Source of the DNA: Chromera velia | Taxonomy: Eukaryota | DNA length: 49,346 nucleotides | Assembly (NCBI GenBank): GCA_018398765.1 | Contig: JAHBMJ010000375.1 | Span: 1-49,346 of the forward strand | Direction of reading: 5' to 3' | Part shown: positions 12,468 to 24,799 of the stretch, piece by piece | Position numbering within the stretch: position 1 is the first letter of the stretch | Layout of the letters: the number at the start of each line of letters is the position of its first letter | Translations under genes and position numbers: made by a program | Notes under the pieces: model-generated | What the model was told of the DNA's origin: nothing | Seen by the model: only the letters and a program-made list of their open reading frames with translations | The model's database searches: none

Positions 12468-15206
12468 AAAGAAAGAAGGAAAGAAAGAAAGAAAGAAAGA
12501 ACAAAAAAAAGAAAGCACAAACAAGAAATCACACCCCCACCCACCGGGCTCGTCCGTGGTAACTGGAGGGACCACGAAGGATGAAGGCAGGACCGATGGC
12601 AAGAATTCGTCCAGAAACACTGCCCGTGTCCGAGCAGCACCTCTGCTCTCTTGCATTGCCCCCTCTTCAAAACCCTGTAGTTCCTCCCGAAGCGCTGAGA
12701 GGACCCCCCTGTCTCCAACCTTTCCCTTATCAGGTGCGGCTTCTTTCGTCACACCCCAGACAGGAAACCCTGGCGGCGTTGCTGCAGTGTGAAGCGAGGG
12801 GGCGCTCAGCTCATTAGGCACGCCTTGCCATGAGACTGAAGCCCCTTTTCCTCCCCTCCCCCCTGCTGGCTGTCCCTTTTCCGTCTCCGTCTCCACAAAG
12901 AACTCTTGATCGATCTCACAGAGACCCTCTGAGGTCGCTGTCTCCACATCCTTCTCCAATGCCATCATCAACGCAACAACCTGACGGGTGCGCAGGTGTC
13001 GAGGCCCCAGAGTCTCAGTCCTGCATTGCAATTGAAAGAAGTTGGAGGTGCATGAAAGAAAAAACCTGACTGGGAGGGAGAAGAGAGAGAACCCGGTGAG
13101 ATAAACAATGCTTCGGTGTCCAGAGACTCTGGGAAGGAAAAACGAAAAGGAGAAAAGAAGACGAAGAAGAAGAAGAAGAAGAAGAAGAAGAAGGAGTCCC
13201 ATTTACCCCCCCCCTACGCGCACCTCTCTTCAAAGACCTCTTTGTACAGTGTGAGAGCTCTGAGGAATTCCCCCCTCTGGTGGTGGGCACACGCCTGCAT
13301 CAGCACCACGTCCTGACAAGCTGCAGCCCGTCTCCCGAGAGCCTGGGGTGCCAGTCTCATACGGAGGTCCAGTGCCACCTTCAGGTAGGCGAGGGCCTCA
13401 GACGTTCTCCCCATCAGCCTAGACAGAAGGCCGAGGTTGCAGTACACATCTGCGACTCGTGGGTGAGGAGGGGCAGCAGAAGAAAACTCGACAGCCACAA
13501 ATTTACGGGAGGGGTCTCTTTCTTCCAGCAGACGCTCCTTTGCAGTGCGGCCTGTTCGGGGGGGCACCCCAGCAAAGGCGGCTTCTCTGACTTTTCGGAC
13601 TCTCTGGCAGAGGTCGAAAGCCAGACGGAACCTTCTGGTCTGGAAGAAGTGGACAGCCACAAGCATGCAGGCGTCAGAGGCAGTCAGGGAGTCCGCACCG
13701 TACACGTCCTCGATTAGAAGGAGGTACCTGCATGCAGCGAGTTGACATGATCAAAGTGAAAGACGCACGAGTCGGCCCCCTCGATTTCTTTCCAAACCGC
13801 CATGCATCCTCTTCTCTTCAACAAAGGGGCCTGCCTGCAGGGGGGGGGAGAGAAGGTCTAGAAAGTGTAGAGAAGAGACGGGAACAGAAGAAAGACTTTT
13901 GATGGCGATGTGGGACTTGTACAAGTGGCATCATGGTGGAGAGTACACTAAAGTGTATTGCAGTGTGCCGACCGTTGGTAGAAGTCGTCTGCAATGGACC
14001 GCCTGCCGTACTGCATTGCGAGCTCTGCAGCTGCACAGGTCATCTGTGCCAGGCTCTCTGCTGGAATTTCTGTGTGTCCTTCCAATTCTGGAGCGTAGTG
14101 CTCTTCTTTCTCGTCCTTCTCCTTCTTTCCCTCCTCAGCTGCCGCCTGCTTTTTGGCTCTCTTCTGTTGGGCGTTTGTCAAGGCGAGATCAACCAGACGC
14201 CGAAACTGTTCGAAGTGCTCTGCCCCCCTTTCTTTTGCCCCAGCAAGAGCGCAACAACGAGAGAGAAGAAGGAGGTCTGGCAGCTGCAGGGAAAAAAACC
14301 GAGTGAGCGTCATTCCATTGAAATGTAACCACATCACTGATGCGTCAGTTGAACTTGAATTGACAACCAAATATAAGAGCCCAAGAAAACGAGAGCGCAT
14401 TGTTGTCCCCCAGCGGAGCATTTTCTGGTGAACGCACTATCTGATCCCCCCTCTCAGTGATCTCTCTTGCAGCCTTTCATGAGGTTTGACTGTTTTTTCA
14501 TGCCAAGTCAGTGACTGTCTGATTGACTGACCATATCGACATGCAACTGCACCCCGAGATGCTTCGAGAAGAACCTCCTCCCGAGAACATAGGCTTCCAG
14601 AGCGTGAATGACCGCCTGCCCATACTTGGTTTCGTTCTGGCACTGGATTGAGAGGGACCGCAGAGCCGCCACCTTCTGCCTGAAGTCTCTGTGCTCATCA
14701 AAGTTTACTCTAGAGTGGATGCGGGAAGGCTGGGAACCCAAAAGAAAAAACTCCGCATGGGAAAGATTCTGCAAGCAATTGTCCACTCACTCATTTCCTT
14801 GTTCACTCATTGGTTCGCGCAAGCCTTCAAGCGCACATTTGCTCAGTTGCCTATCTTCTCGCAAGCTCTTTTCTTTACTTCCTTGCACAATGACTCAACC
14901 ACACATGAACCATAAGAAGAACTAACAGAAATATGTATTTGCGAGCATATGTATATATGTAGACGGAGAGACCACATAAAGTGTTCAGTGGAGGAGAGGA
15001 AAGGTCAATGAAGTGAAATGCTAGAGTGAAGGTGTGTTGGACTTGGGCGTTTCAAGGCAACCGCAGGTTCAAGCAGGACAGTGAGCATTCGTTTACGTAT
15101 GAACGCATGTATCCGTTCATACAGCCATGTGTTGTCGTACCTGCAGGTTGCCTCGCTTGCCCCGCTCTCCTCCTGCTGAGGGGGGACGTGCCTTCAATTC
15201 GGCCAT
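4570..15206 (-). CDS. Large multi-exon formin-like gene: TPR-like repeats, low-complexity linker, degenerate FH2 domain, long acidic/Ser/Pro-rich tail
   Basis: Candidate ATG at 15206. TPR-like exon ~13214-13705 (HPRVADVYCNLGLLSRLMGRTSEALAYLKVALDLR). FH2-like exons are bounded by GT-AG: 9440-9565, 8581-9069 (LFPTEEE...VACKQLCESSRFK...AGFLV), 8190-8417 (ELLTFPEDL), ~7795-7940, and terminal exon 4570-7591 (splice gives QIVASYFDFP...FHHFTECFKE). The exon structure upstream of ~10 kb is approximate. Confidence 0.7.
5940..6330 (-). repeat. Coding repeats of poly-Pro units (PPPPPKK/PPPPKR, SSSAS spacers), FH1-like, in the terminal exon
   Basis: Translation: APPRPPQRASSSSVPPPPPKKSASGTVLPPPPKRSSSASVPPPPPKRGSLTASKSAPPPPPKR, followed by an Ala/Pro-rich stretch. 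Confidence 0.8.
9685..9785. repeat. Intronic (GGAA)n/(GAAA)n microsatellite
   Basis: Read directly from the sequence. Confidence 0.85.
12393..12500. repeat. Intronic (GAAA)n microsatellite
   Basis: Read directly. It explains the spurious KKER/FFLS ORFs here. Confidence 0.9.
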
Positions 15207-15841
15207 CAAACTCTAGCAAGGACAAAAGCTAAGAATGTAACGTGTCTGTTCTGGCCCCTTCAGGTCGTCTCATCCACCTGCTGAACCTGTAAGTGCAAGT
15301 TCATTCTTAAAAGGGCAAAAACAACAGGTGTGCACGGTGTTGCACAAAAAGAACGGTCTTGTGTATGAAAAGAGTTCGAAGGTGCGACTTGCCCCAACCA
15401 TTCCAAGCTTGCGTGTCCATCTGGGCGTGTTTGGCACGTGTCTGTCTGTTGAGAATGTGAGACATGCATGCATGACATTGCCTATATATAGCTGTACTAT
15501 GATTCAAACTTCAAACTGAACAACACATATGCCTGCATGCATGCATGGAATTTTGGCATGAGCAACACTCATGCATGCAGCTCAGCTAGCTATAGTGCGT
15601 GCATGCGTGCGTCAGATCGATCGATGTAGACGGCTCATGCAGACTCACGTATATATATATATGGGGTGAAGATGCATGATGGACATTGGACAGAGGGCAC
15701 TGGCGATCAGACTTGACACTCAGCCAGGCTTTGATGATGTTTGATCTCCAAGGTGGCGCTGCACGGACACCGTTAGACACGTGATCGTGATCGAAACGCA
15801 ATTTCTGCCATTGGATTCTTGCGTCAGTCAACGAGAGCACG
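15207..15841. promoter_or_regulatory. Bidirectional promoter/5'UTR region with clustered TGCATG(CA) motifs
   Basis: Lies between two head-to-head genes. CATGCATG/TGCATG copies at ~15463-15475, 15534-15547, 15569-15579, 15600-15606 and 15673. TATA-like run at 15650-15662. Confidence 0.55.
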
Positions 15842-16626
15842 ATGGAGTCCGACTTGTGGAGGCTGGGCGTCCTGCTCCTCCAGATCCTGGCGGCAGTGTT
15901 TGCAAGTGTCCTTGTGTGGAAGTTCGCGAGCACATCAGAGAAGGGGTCGCAGTCCGCAAACAAGCGTAAGAAGAAGGCGAAAAAGAAGGCAGCGGAAAAA
16001 GGCAGTGGAGGGGAAGCGCCCGCTGTCACAGCAACCGGAAGGTGGGTGATCCCGCCAAACAAATCCTTCGATCCATCCATATCCGGTCTCGACTCTGCCT
16101 CTGTGTTCTCACTGCACACCTGTTTCCGTCTGTGTGCCCTCTGTTCTGCAGGCAACCCCCTGATGCAGTGCAGAATGAAGCCAAAGCCACAAACGAGGGC
16201 GAAGAGGGCAGTTCAAATTCCAAACTCGAAGCTTCTCAAGAGGCTGCGGGGAACCTGAGGGCCAACGAGGAAGCGTCAAGCAGTCACGAGGAAGGTGAAG
16301 AGGATGAGAGCGAAGATGAAGAGGGGGGAGGACAAGAGGTGCTCAGTGCCTTTCACTCTGACACACACTGGGCAGTTGCCGGAAAGAAGCCGCAGCCTGC
16401 CAAACCCGTCAAGCGAACTGCACCCCGCCCCCAGCCCAAACAAGAAACGCAGCTGACGGAGAAGCAGCGGAAGAATCGTCTGAAGGCCGAGAAGAAAAAA
16501 CAAGAGAAAGCGTACACAGAGGCCGTGCAAAAAGACCGTCTGTCTTCCTACAGATCACAGCAGATGACTGCACAGGATCGGGATGAACGAAGAAGACACT
16601 TCGGCATTGTGGGCCCATACACTTAA
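15842..16626 (+). CDS. Two-exon hypothetical protein (~224 aa) with N-terminal signal-anchor/TM helix and a highly charged cytosolic tail
   Basis: Exon 1 15842-16041, intron GTGGGT...TGCAG 16042-16151, exon 2 16152-16626, joined in frame (TGR|QPPD). Hydrophobic LGVLLLQILAAVFASVLVW is followed by KRKKKAKKK, an acidic patch and a basic coiled coil. Confidence 0.75.
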
Positions 16627-17126
16627 ACGCACACGTAATTGAAGCAATTGGATTCGGTTTTGTCTTTCTCCCAGTGTGACTTTCACATTTGGCAGAGGCC
16701 GGATGCATTTTATCGCGGACAGATCCGGATTAAGACAAATTCTACGAGGAATCATGAAAGCCCAAGACAGGCAGGAAGGATATCTGATGATGTCTCGATG
16801 TCACCCATACGGTCTCTCACTGCCTATCCCCCGCTCATCTGTGTTTTTCGTTCCCTGACTTTTGTCAATCATGTCCCTCGATTTCCTGACTAGGCAGTCA
16901 CTTTGTGGTTGTCTCTATCTGCTCCCCTTCTAGCTCCCCCTTTTGTCTGTTTTTTTTTTTTTCCAATACGTGCATGTACCCGCCTCTCTCCTGACGCTTT
17001 ACCTCTTTCGCCCGTATTTGTAGATTTGAAAAAAAAAATTGCATGTGTGAGTTTTCTGTTGAATTAAGCGTACTTAGCGTAGAAAATATGTTTTCTATTT
17101 TATTTACTTGCATGCAGTGTTTGTTG

Positions 17127-18069
17127 TACACTTGGACCTTAAGAGGTACTAAAGGACTTTTACGAAAAAGTCGCGTTACTAGAATTACGTAACTTTTTAC
17201 CGGTTACCGACGGCTTTTTTTAACCTGTTAGAGAGGTTAAGTTACCGTAATTTTACTCTTTTCTAGAGCATATTCAGAGACTTTTCGGGGCCGTTCCCGC
17301 GCGTCCCCGCGTAGTTAAGAACCATTATACTTCCTTTCCTAGTTCCTGTCTCCCTGTCTCTTTCTCTGCAGGTGAAAGTGTGTACCGAGTTTAAGCTTAT
17401 AGTGACCACAAAACAGTGTACAAGACACTATATATATAAAGACACTCTCTTATTGATGTAGTGATTCAAAACAGAGTCTGTCTGTTTGTCTGTCTGTCAA
17501 ACTCTGTCGCTGTCTGTCTATCAGACTCTATCTGTCTGTCTCAGACTGTCTGTGACAGCTAAACGTCACAGTTAGTGACTGTGGGTCTCAATTTTGGACT
17601 GAATTTTTCCGCAGTGACGGCGCAGTCACGACCTAGTGAATCCGCATCCAAAGCTCCAAAGAAGCACTGTTTAAGCACGATGATTCATCGATGAGTCTGG
17701 CACTGAATCATGGATGATGGCGGATGATGGCCTGAAGTGACGGTATTACTACGTATTAGTAGCCTATAGTAAAGTGTTGAAAATGTTTTAACTAAATCTT
17801 AAACTGTCATTGATAGCAGCTTTAAATCATTTTGCCACATGTCTGAAGCAAACAAAACATTTTAAAACAGTGTCACTCTAGTTTAAAAAACGGTGTAAAC
17901 ATGCAGTAGTTTCATTATGATAGCATAGCCTTCCTACTGTACTTTAGTAACTTTAGGGCATCTGTGAAAGTTACTAAAGTATGGTAACTTTAGGGGGTCA
18001 TGGACCCTAAAGTTACTGCGCTATCTGCCAGTGGGTACTAGTCTGGGTAACTCTTAAAGTCCAAGTGTA
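17127..18069. mobile_element. Non-autonomous DNA transposon (943 bp) with ~23-bp TIRs and a perfect 8-bp TSD
   Basis: Left TIR TACACTTGGACCTTAAGAGGTAC and right TIR GTAACTCTTAAAGTCCAAGTGTA. TSD GTTTGTTG at 17119-17126 and 18070-18077. Subterminal AAAGTTAC/GTAACTTT repeats. Confidence 0.85.
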
Positions 18070-18599
18070 GTTTGTTGTGTACTAAATTGCATTTATGACA
18101 GCTTTGCCTGTGTACCATCTCAAACCATGTGCCGCGGTAATTGTTTATTTTAGTGCTTATATATATAGTGACTACTGGACCTAGTAGGATCTAGAGTAGG
18201 ACTTAGTAATAGTTGATTAAGACTTCAATTACTTTGCTATATAGTTAATAGATTTTCGAGCGGTGCATAAATATATATATCAATAATTTTTCTAGTGATT
18301 TTTATTAAATCGACTGGGTCATAATACGCATGTTGTACGTCACAAATACAGAAAGTCTCTGACAATCAATACCCATAGCGCTACTAGTTGGGACAATAAT
18401 TAATCTAAATTAACAGTATATTTGTATACTACTAACTAGACCACTAATAGATTGATGACCCAGTTTTTGATATTCCAATACATAGCTATAGCTGTTAGAC
18501 TTGCGTCAGTAAGATTTGCGGCATCGTGATCCGCCATCATTCTGCCATCCGGCCTAGCCGCCACCATGACTGCATATGACTGCCTATTTTTTTTCTCAC

Positions 18600-21500
18600 T
18601 TATTCTGTTTCTGGTTCTGCTTCAATGAATTCTATCGCCTGCGTCCACATCTGCAGCTTTCCTTCTCGGTGCGCCGCATGCCTCAGAGCTTCGACAGCGG
18701 AACCGAAATTTCTCTGCTGCTCCACTCCCTCCATACCTTCCTGTCCGTGCAAATTCAAACGCTCCAGCTGTGGGAGAGACTGGGGGGCAAGAACGTCAAA
18801 AAAAGCCGAGACTCCGTCAACGCTAATCCTGTTGTCCATTAAATTGATTGTTTCCAGCTTGGGGCACCGATGTGCGGAGAAAACTTCCCCCCACTGCCTA
18901 AGCATGCCATCGTCAATCTGGCAACTCGAAAGGTCCAGAGAGCCCAAATCCGAAAGCTTCCCCACCCCTTCCCCCCCACTGGCAGCAAGTAAAGCCAGTG
19001 CCTCTTCCCCCACTCGCCCCCCACTCAAATCGAGGGACCGCACACATGCGGGAAGCCCCTTCTCACTCTCTGCAATGGCTGTAATCAACCCGTCAACGTT
19101 GATGTTTGCCTCGTCATCAAGATAGAAACTTATATGGCCCACGTGAGGGGGGAATCGTGCTGCCCTGATGGCACCCCCCAACCCCTCCACTTCATCATCA
19201 TCAATATAGAACCATCGGGGATACAAATCAGTGAGAGAAGGGAGTTTGCCCGATCCCAGAGCAGCTGCTATCACCCCCCCCGCTTCTATAGCGGTTGTGT
19301 CTGACACATCTAAAGAAACAAGCTTAGGCAGCCCCTCCTCCCTCCCCACGATTGCCTGCACCAGCTCCCCCCATGCCTCTTTTGAGACATCCGAATTTCT
19401 GCGAAAATTCAACGAACAGAACTTCACCAAAGAACCCGCTCTGACGGCATCAGTCAGCCCTCTCAGGGCTTCATCAGTCAAATGGGAGTCACACAAGTCT
19501 AATTCGGACAGGCCCCCCAGCTTTTCAGACATAAGGAACGGACCCAGCGACCCCCCCTCCCCCGCTCTCGTGTCTGACAAATCAAGAACCGACAGAAGAG
19601 GCATTCCCTCCTCACTCTCCACCACTGCCCGCATCACCGTCTCCATTTTCCCCCCCGTGACCTCATTCCCATTCAGACCGAGAATGCGGAGACCTGATAG
19701 ATTGCCCTCACGAATCACTTGCGCAAACGGAGTCCCTGCTGCGTCTGTCAGCATGCCACTTAGCAGCAAGGTTGAAAGATGCGGCAACTTCACAACACCC
19801 AGTGCTGTACAGAATGCAGTCTTCGCTTCCCCTTCAGATTCCCCCACGACATCAACACACAATTGTCGGACAACGCTCAGACGCCCCATCTGAATCGCTT
19901 CCCCCATCAACTTCAGCCCCCCCTTTGCATTCTCGTCTTCTTCTTCTGAATCTGGGAACAAGAACAGATACATCTCTTTATAGTGCAAAGGTCCGGTGGC
20001 TCCAACCATCTCCTCAAAAAACATTTGCAGCTTTTCACCTTGAACCTCCAGCCTCAGTGTGTCAAGGGATGGGTGCTTGCCAGCGCCGAGAGCCCGGACT
20101 TCCTTTTCACTGAGCAGGTCAGAAGTCAACACCAAATGGGGCAGCTGAACGCGAAGGTGGGGGGGGCACTCAGAGGCACTCAGCGCATCAAGGAAATCTC
20201 TCACAGCCTGCCCAATATCTACGGCCCCTAGTTGCTTTATTCCCTCCAGCCCCAATTTCCTCAAATGAGGAACGGCATCTTTGCGAAGGGATCTCCCCAA
20301 TCGGCCCAGACAATGACCTAAGCAACGATCGTTACCCCCTAGTTCTAGGGTCTCTAGGTTTCGCACCACCCCCCTTCCCAAACAATCAGCGAGGCGCCCT
20401 ATTGCCTCGTCTAACAAACCGCATTCCTTCAGTATCAGCACACGGATTTCTGGAAGAGAAGCGGCACACAAAACCGAGCACAGCCTCTCCACGCCCCCCA
20501 CCTGTAACCCATTGAGGCCCAAATTCAGCGTCTCCAGTTTCAGAGACTTCCCCTCCACCGCCCCACAGAGCATGCCCAGGTATTCATCATTCAGTCCTGT
20601 CCCCTCGAGGTCCAGATGAACGAGGGACGCCGCCTTCCCATCACTGATCCACTTGGCCAGTGCCCTGAATCCTTCTGTACCGAGAGGGTTGCCTGACGCG
20701 AAGAAGACAAGAAAGAGGAGGCACGCAGAGGGAAGGAATCAAGTGGGCAGAGAGAAAGGAAAAGGACGACTCGGTTTAGGAATCTTCTCTCGAAAGTCAA
20801 AAACGATACACACAAAACGCGTGTTCCTTTTTCTTCTCAGCGCCTTCTGAGTCTCTCGGGAGGTAAGTAAATTGCATCGATGAGCGAATCATCGAGTGAA
20901 CCCCTTGGGGAGTTGCACTTTTTTTGTCGGCGCAAGGATGAAGGAAGAGTACCATGCAACCTCCCGGCCCGCGCCGGATCCCCATCCCCCAGTGTCAGTG
21001 TCTTGAGGGATTGAAAGAGACGGGATAGGTCAAGTAAGTCTTTCACAGTGTTGCAAGCAAACCGAAAAGCCAAAGACAAAACAAAGTTGGTGGCACGAAG
21101 TGACTGACTGACCAGTCAGGTTCAGGTGTACAATAGAAGCGGGCAAGACCGAAAAAATGACGCAGGCCTCCAGAGGGCCGACGAGGCAATCTGATCGGTG
21201 AATAAGTAAATTAATAAATCGGTGGTTGAACGGAATAAAGGAAGGAAGGATCCACATTCGTTCATTCATTCATGCATTCATTCATTCAGGAAGGGGGGAC
21301 AGGGGAGAGGTGGGGAGAAGGAAATCAGAAGCGACAGCATCTCTGCACTTCTTTCCTCCCTGCCTGCCTGGTCTCTTTCTCGCAGCCCAACCTGCCAAAA
21401 CACGAAAGCCGGCGACCATAAATGACTCCATTTCATGCTACTCAGGCTGGCAGGCAGGCAGGGCGAAGGGCTTCAAAGACACAGCAGGCATACAGGCTTC

Positions 21501-23521
21501 CGTCCTTCCTTTCTTTTTTTTGACGACATCGGTTGTCCTTTTATTTTTTCGTTCTTTCTGTGTAAACGAATTCAGTGCCTCCCTCTCTGTACTCGTCCCC
21601 GACAGCTGCATGCAATCTTTTCGACCGACAAACGAATTCTTTGTTCCAGTCGGGATGGAGAACCTGAAAGAAAAAAGTGCCAAAGACACGGGGAGGGAGG
21701 GAGCACTCCTGGCTGGCTGACTTGCAAGGCTCAATCTCTGCAGAGACGGCCCGTCATTCCCCTGTTCCCCCGGACTGCCAACCCCCTCCAGGAAGCGCCG
21801 AAGGAGAGAAAGCGCCGGGCCCACCGCAGAAGTCCCTGCATGCATACAGTTGCATGCACACACGCACGTCTGATTCATACGAAGAACCTGGCTGGGTGAG
21901 TTAGTTAGTGAATCAGTGAGTGAGGGAGTGATAGACAGAGCAAATACACCCTCATTCATGTGCTGCACGCTCAACGGACAAAGAGACAGAGACAGAGAGA
22001 GACATGCAGGTAAAAAACAAGAGAGAGGCGGACAGACAGAGAGAAAGACAGAGAGAGAGACAGGCACAGTCAGACAGAGCATGACACAGAGTATGTGGGC
22101 GTGCGACAGATAGAGAGGACAGACCGACAGCACAAGAGATAAAGAAGAAAAAAAAACCAAACGCAAAAGAACAACACGCCGGATCAGACAACGTGGGCAG
22201 AGAACCCGAATACGTAGACGAGGAGGGAAGGGAAGGAATGAAGAGCCGAGCCAACTCCAAAATTTCGCCTCACCCTCCCGTACCATTTGGGTTCGCCCCT
22301 ATAGCCACAAATCCAGACTTTGAGAAGACAGTGAAACACACGAGAAACCAAACAAACCAAACTCTCAGGAGCCAACACCGAGAAGAGAAAACAACCGGGA
22401 AAACCGCAAAAAAACCGACTTCACATATCCGTACTTCCTCTCAATCGCCACCAACCCACCGAGAGTCAATCCCTCCACAGATTTTGGGAGTTGATTTAGA
22501 AGGAAGAAGATCTTCCGAGGGGAGAGATCGATGCAATCTGCAATCCATTCAACGCAACGCAATTAAGGCACCCTCCGTCTATCAGGCAGCTAGGGTGTTT
22601 GCACCTGCCCCATGACCACACAGAGGCAACCACGACTAGTCATCCAGTGGAGAGGTCCATATAATCCAAGTCCAAAATCGAGACCGGCAACAACGCAGGA
22701 AAGGCCTCACTTCATCTCAACGTGACCATTCTGCGCGGTGATGCACTGACCAGATAAGTCCAGAAACTTAAGGGGCACCCCCTGCACTTTTCCCTGCAAA
22801 ACACACAGTGAAGCAAACAACGCATCCAAAGGAAGAGCGAGAAACGCGGATACCAGTACTGAAGAAGGTCACCACACCGCGGTTCAGCAAGCTTTCAGGG
22901 ATTGAAGGCGTGACCAGGAGAAAGAGAGAATCTCAGAGAGAGAAAAAGACAGAGCCAGCTAAGGTGACCAGAGGCGTCATTCCGATCGATTGGCCTGAAA
23001 GGAAACGCAGTTGGCCGGTGTTCATTGAAAACCTCTTGATGTTGCGAAAACTGACGCCCTCGGTCATTCCATGCATGCACACACATACATATACCTTTTT
23101 GAGAACAGACAAGCAGAACCACGCCATCCCGTAACCGTCCGGACAGGATGCCATCTCTGAGACCACCTGCACGTGTGGCCAGAAGAGAGATGATACAGGG
23201 CAAAACGAATCATTTGCGGGTAGATGGGGACAATGATCGAAATCGAAAGAGACGGCAGGTAAACAAAGCCACAGCCTGCAGCAGAGCGGAAACTCACAAA
23301 CGTCATCACGTACCGCTGAAGTCGGCCGAACGTTCTGCAAAAGCTTCCAGAGTAACGCCTCTTGTGAAGGTTCCAAGGCCCTGCCGAACGTAACGTCTTC
23401 ACCCAGGTTTTCTATTCCTGCTGGAAACAAGCAGACGAACAGACGAAGGACGGCGTGACAGTCATTTTCAAAGTAGACAAGCCCCAGTTGTGCCCTACCG
23501 GTCGTCTTTCTTACCTTGCAT
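18600..23521 (-). CDS. Multi-exon leucine-rich-repeat protein (RI/NLR-like LRRs)
   Basis: The terminal exon (~18600-20692) encodes many LxxLxLxxN/C repeats (LETLNLGLNGL, LETLELGGN, LSELDLCDSHL, LGSLDLSSCQI). Candidate first coding exon ATG CAA G|GTAAG at 23521, then ...CAG|CAGGAATAG (MQAGIENLGEDVTFG). The middle exons are not fully resolved. Confidence 0.8.
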
Positions 23522-24326
23522 CCTTGAAATAACTTCCTCTGTCTCTGTAAGCTTCCGACAAGAGCGAGCAAAAGTCTGCCAGAAGGTAAACGAGGCGAGA
23601 ACTGCCGACAGGAAAGATGAGAAAAGAATCTTTCTGAAGACCAGAGACGGCACGAAGAAAAATAGAGGAGAAGGCAAAAACGTCGCTGCACAACCATAGG
23701 AAGAAGAACAAGTTTAGCGGAGAATTAAGTCAAACGAAGTGTGTCGAGTCTTTAACTAATGCTTCGATCACTGGCAGCCGTTGGATCCGGCATGAAAGAG
23801 TCATGAATTGTCCGAAAAGCTGGTGACTCCACACAATCTCCATGCACACATCTCTGCTATTGTCAGACTATAGCTCGCATGTGGGCGGGGCGCGCGCGGG
23901 GAACTTCGCGCCACGCGGCGCCGCGCTCTCTCCCGATATAGCTGACTGATATATGGCTGACTGGCAGGCGGAAAGTACGACTTTTATTGGCACTTGTGTT
24001 TGAGTAGAAGAGATTGTAATGTCCCTACGGGACATGCCGTGGCCCCCAGGGGTGAGATAGGGTGAGAGCATGGTGAGAGCACTGAGAGGTGCGTCCATGA
24101 TCGTGGTACATGCATGCAACAGGTTCCCCTTCCCATATTAATATATGGTGCATGACAAAACCCTTAATCACAGTTATTGGCTGCGCAAAGGCGTAGTCGC
24201 GGTATCTATAAATGCTGTAGAGGGCCGGAGACAACTGGACGGGCTGCAAGACGGTTGAGAAGAAGAAATAAGAAGAGCTCTGCTATTAGATACGTTTGCT
24301 AATAAGAAAATTAATGACATACAAGA

Positions 24327-24594
24327 TGTTCTAGTTTAAGCTCTGTAGAACTTAGGAATCAACTCACACACACAAGTTCTACATACAGAGAATTTGTCAG
24401 ACACACAAGAGCTTTCTCTATCGATCAGGAAAGACTCGGTCCTTCTAATAGGCTCAATCAATCTGTATTGTACTGTATTGCAAAGGCTGAGATACAGACG
24501 TGCATGCCTTTGTATTACAGTGTGTATTTAATGCTATTAATTCTCTGTATTACTCTAAGGACCAAATCGGGCCTAGGTCTAAAGGTCCGTAACA
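24327..24594 (-). repeat. 3' LTR (268 bp, TG...CA)
   Basis: Reads TGTTCTAG...CGTAACA on the plus strand and matches 30293-30560. On the minus strand it is preceded by a G-rich PPT-like tract, GCGGGGTGTGGT (24595-24606). Confidence 0.93.
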
Positions 24595-24799
24595 ACCACA
24601 CCCCGCATAAGATTGTGCGTTCCGCACAATTTATTGCTTCACTTCTCTCAATGACTCTGATCTGCACCGGCACTCCCAGCAGCCAAAGAAACCAAGCAAC
24701 AAGCTGCAGATCGCTGCCGACATATGTGAAAAGATCGGGCGGGAAGGGCATGGAAAAAGGAAAGAAAACGTTCGAATGCATGAACGAAGGATCGGACAG

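Noticed and set aside
12232..12718. KKER-/FFLS-repeat ORFs
   Set aside because: They are translations of an intronic (GAAA)n microsatellite.
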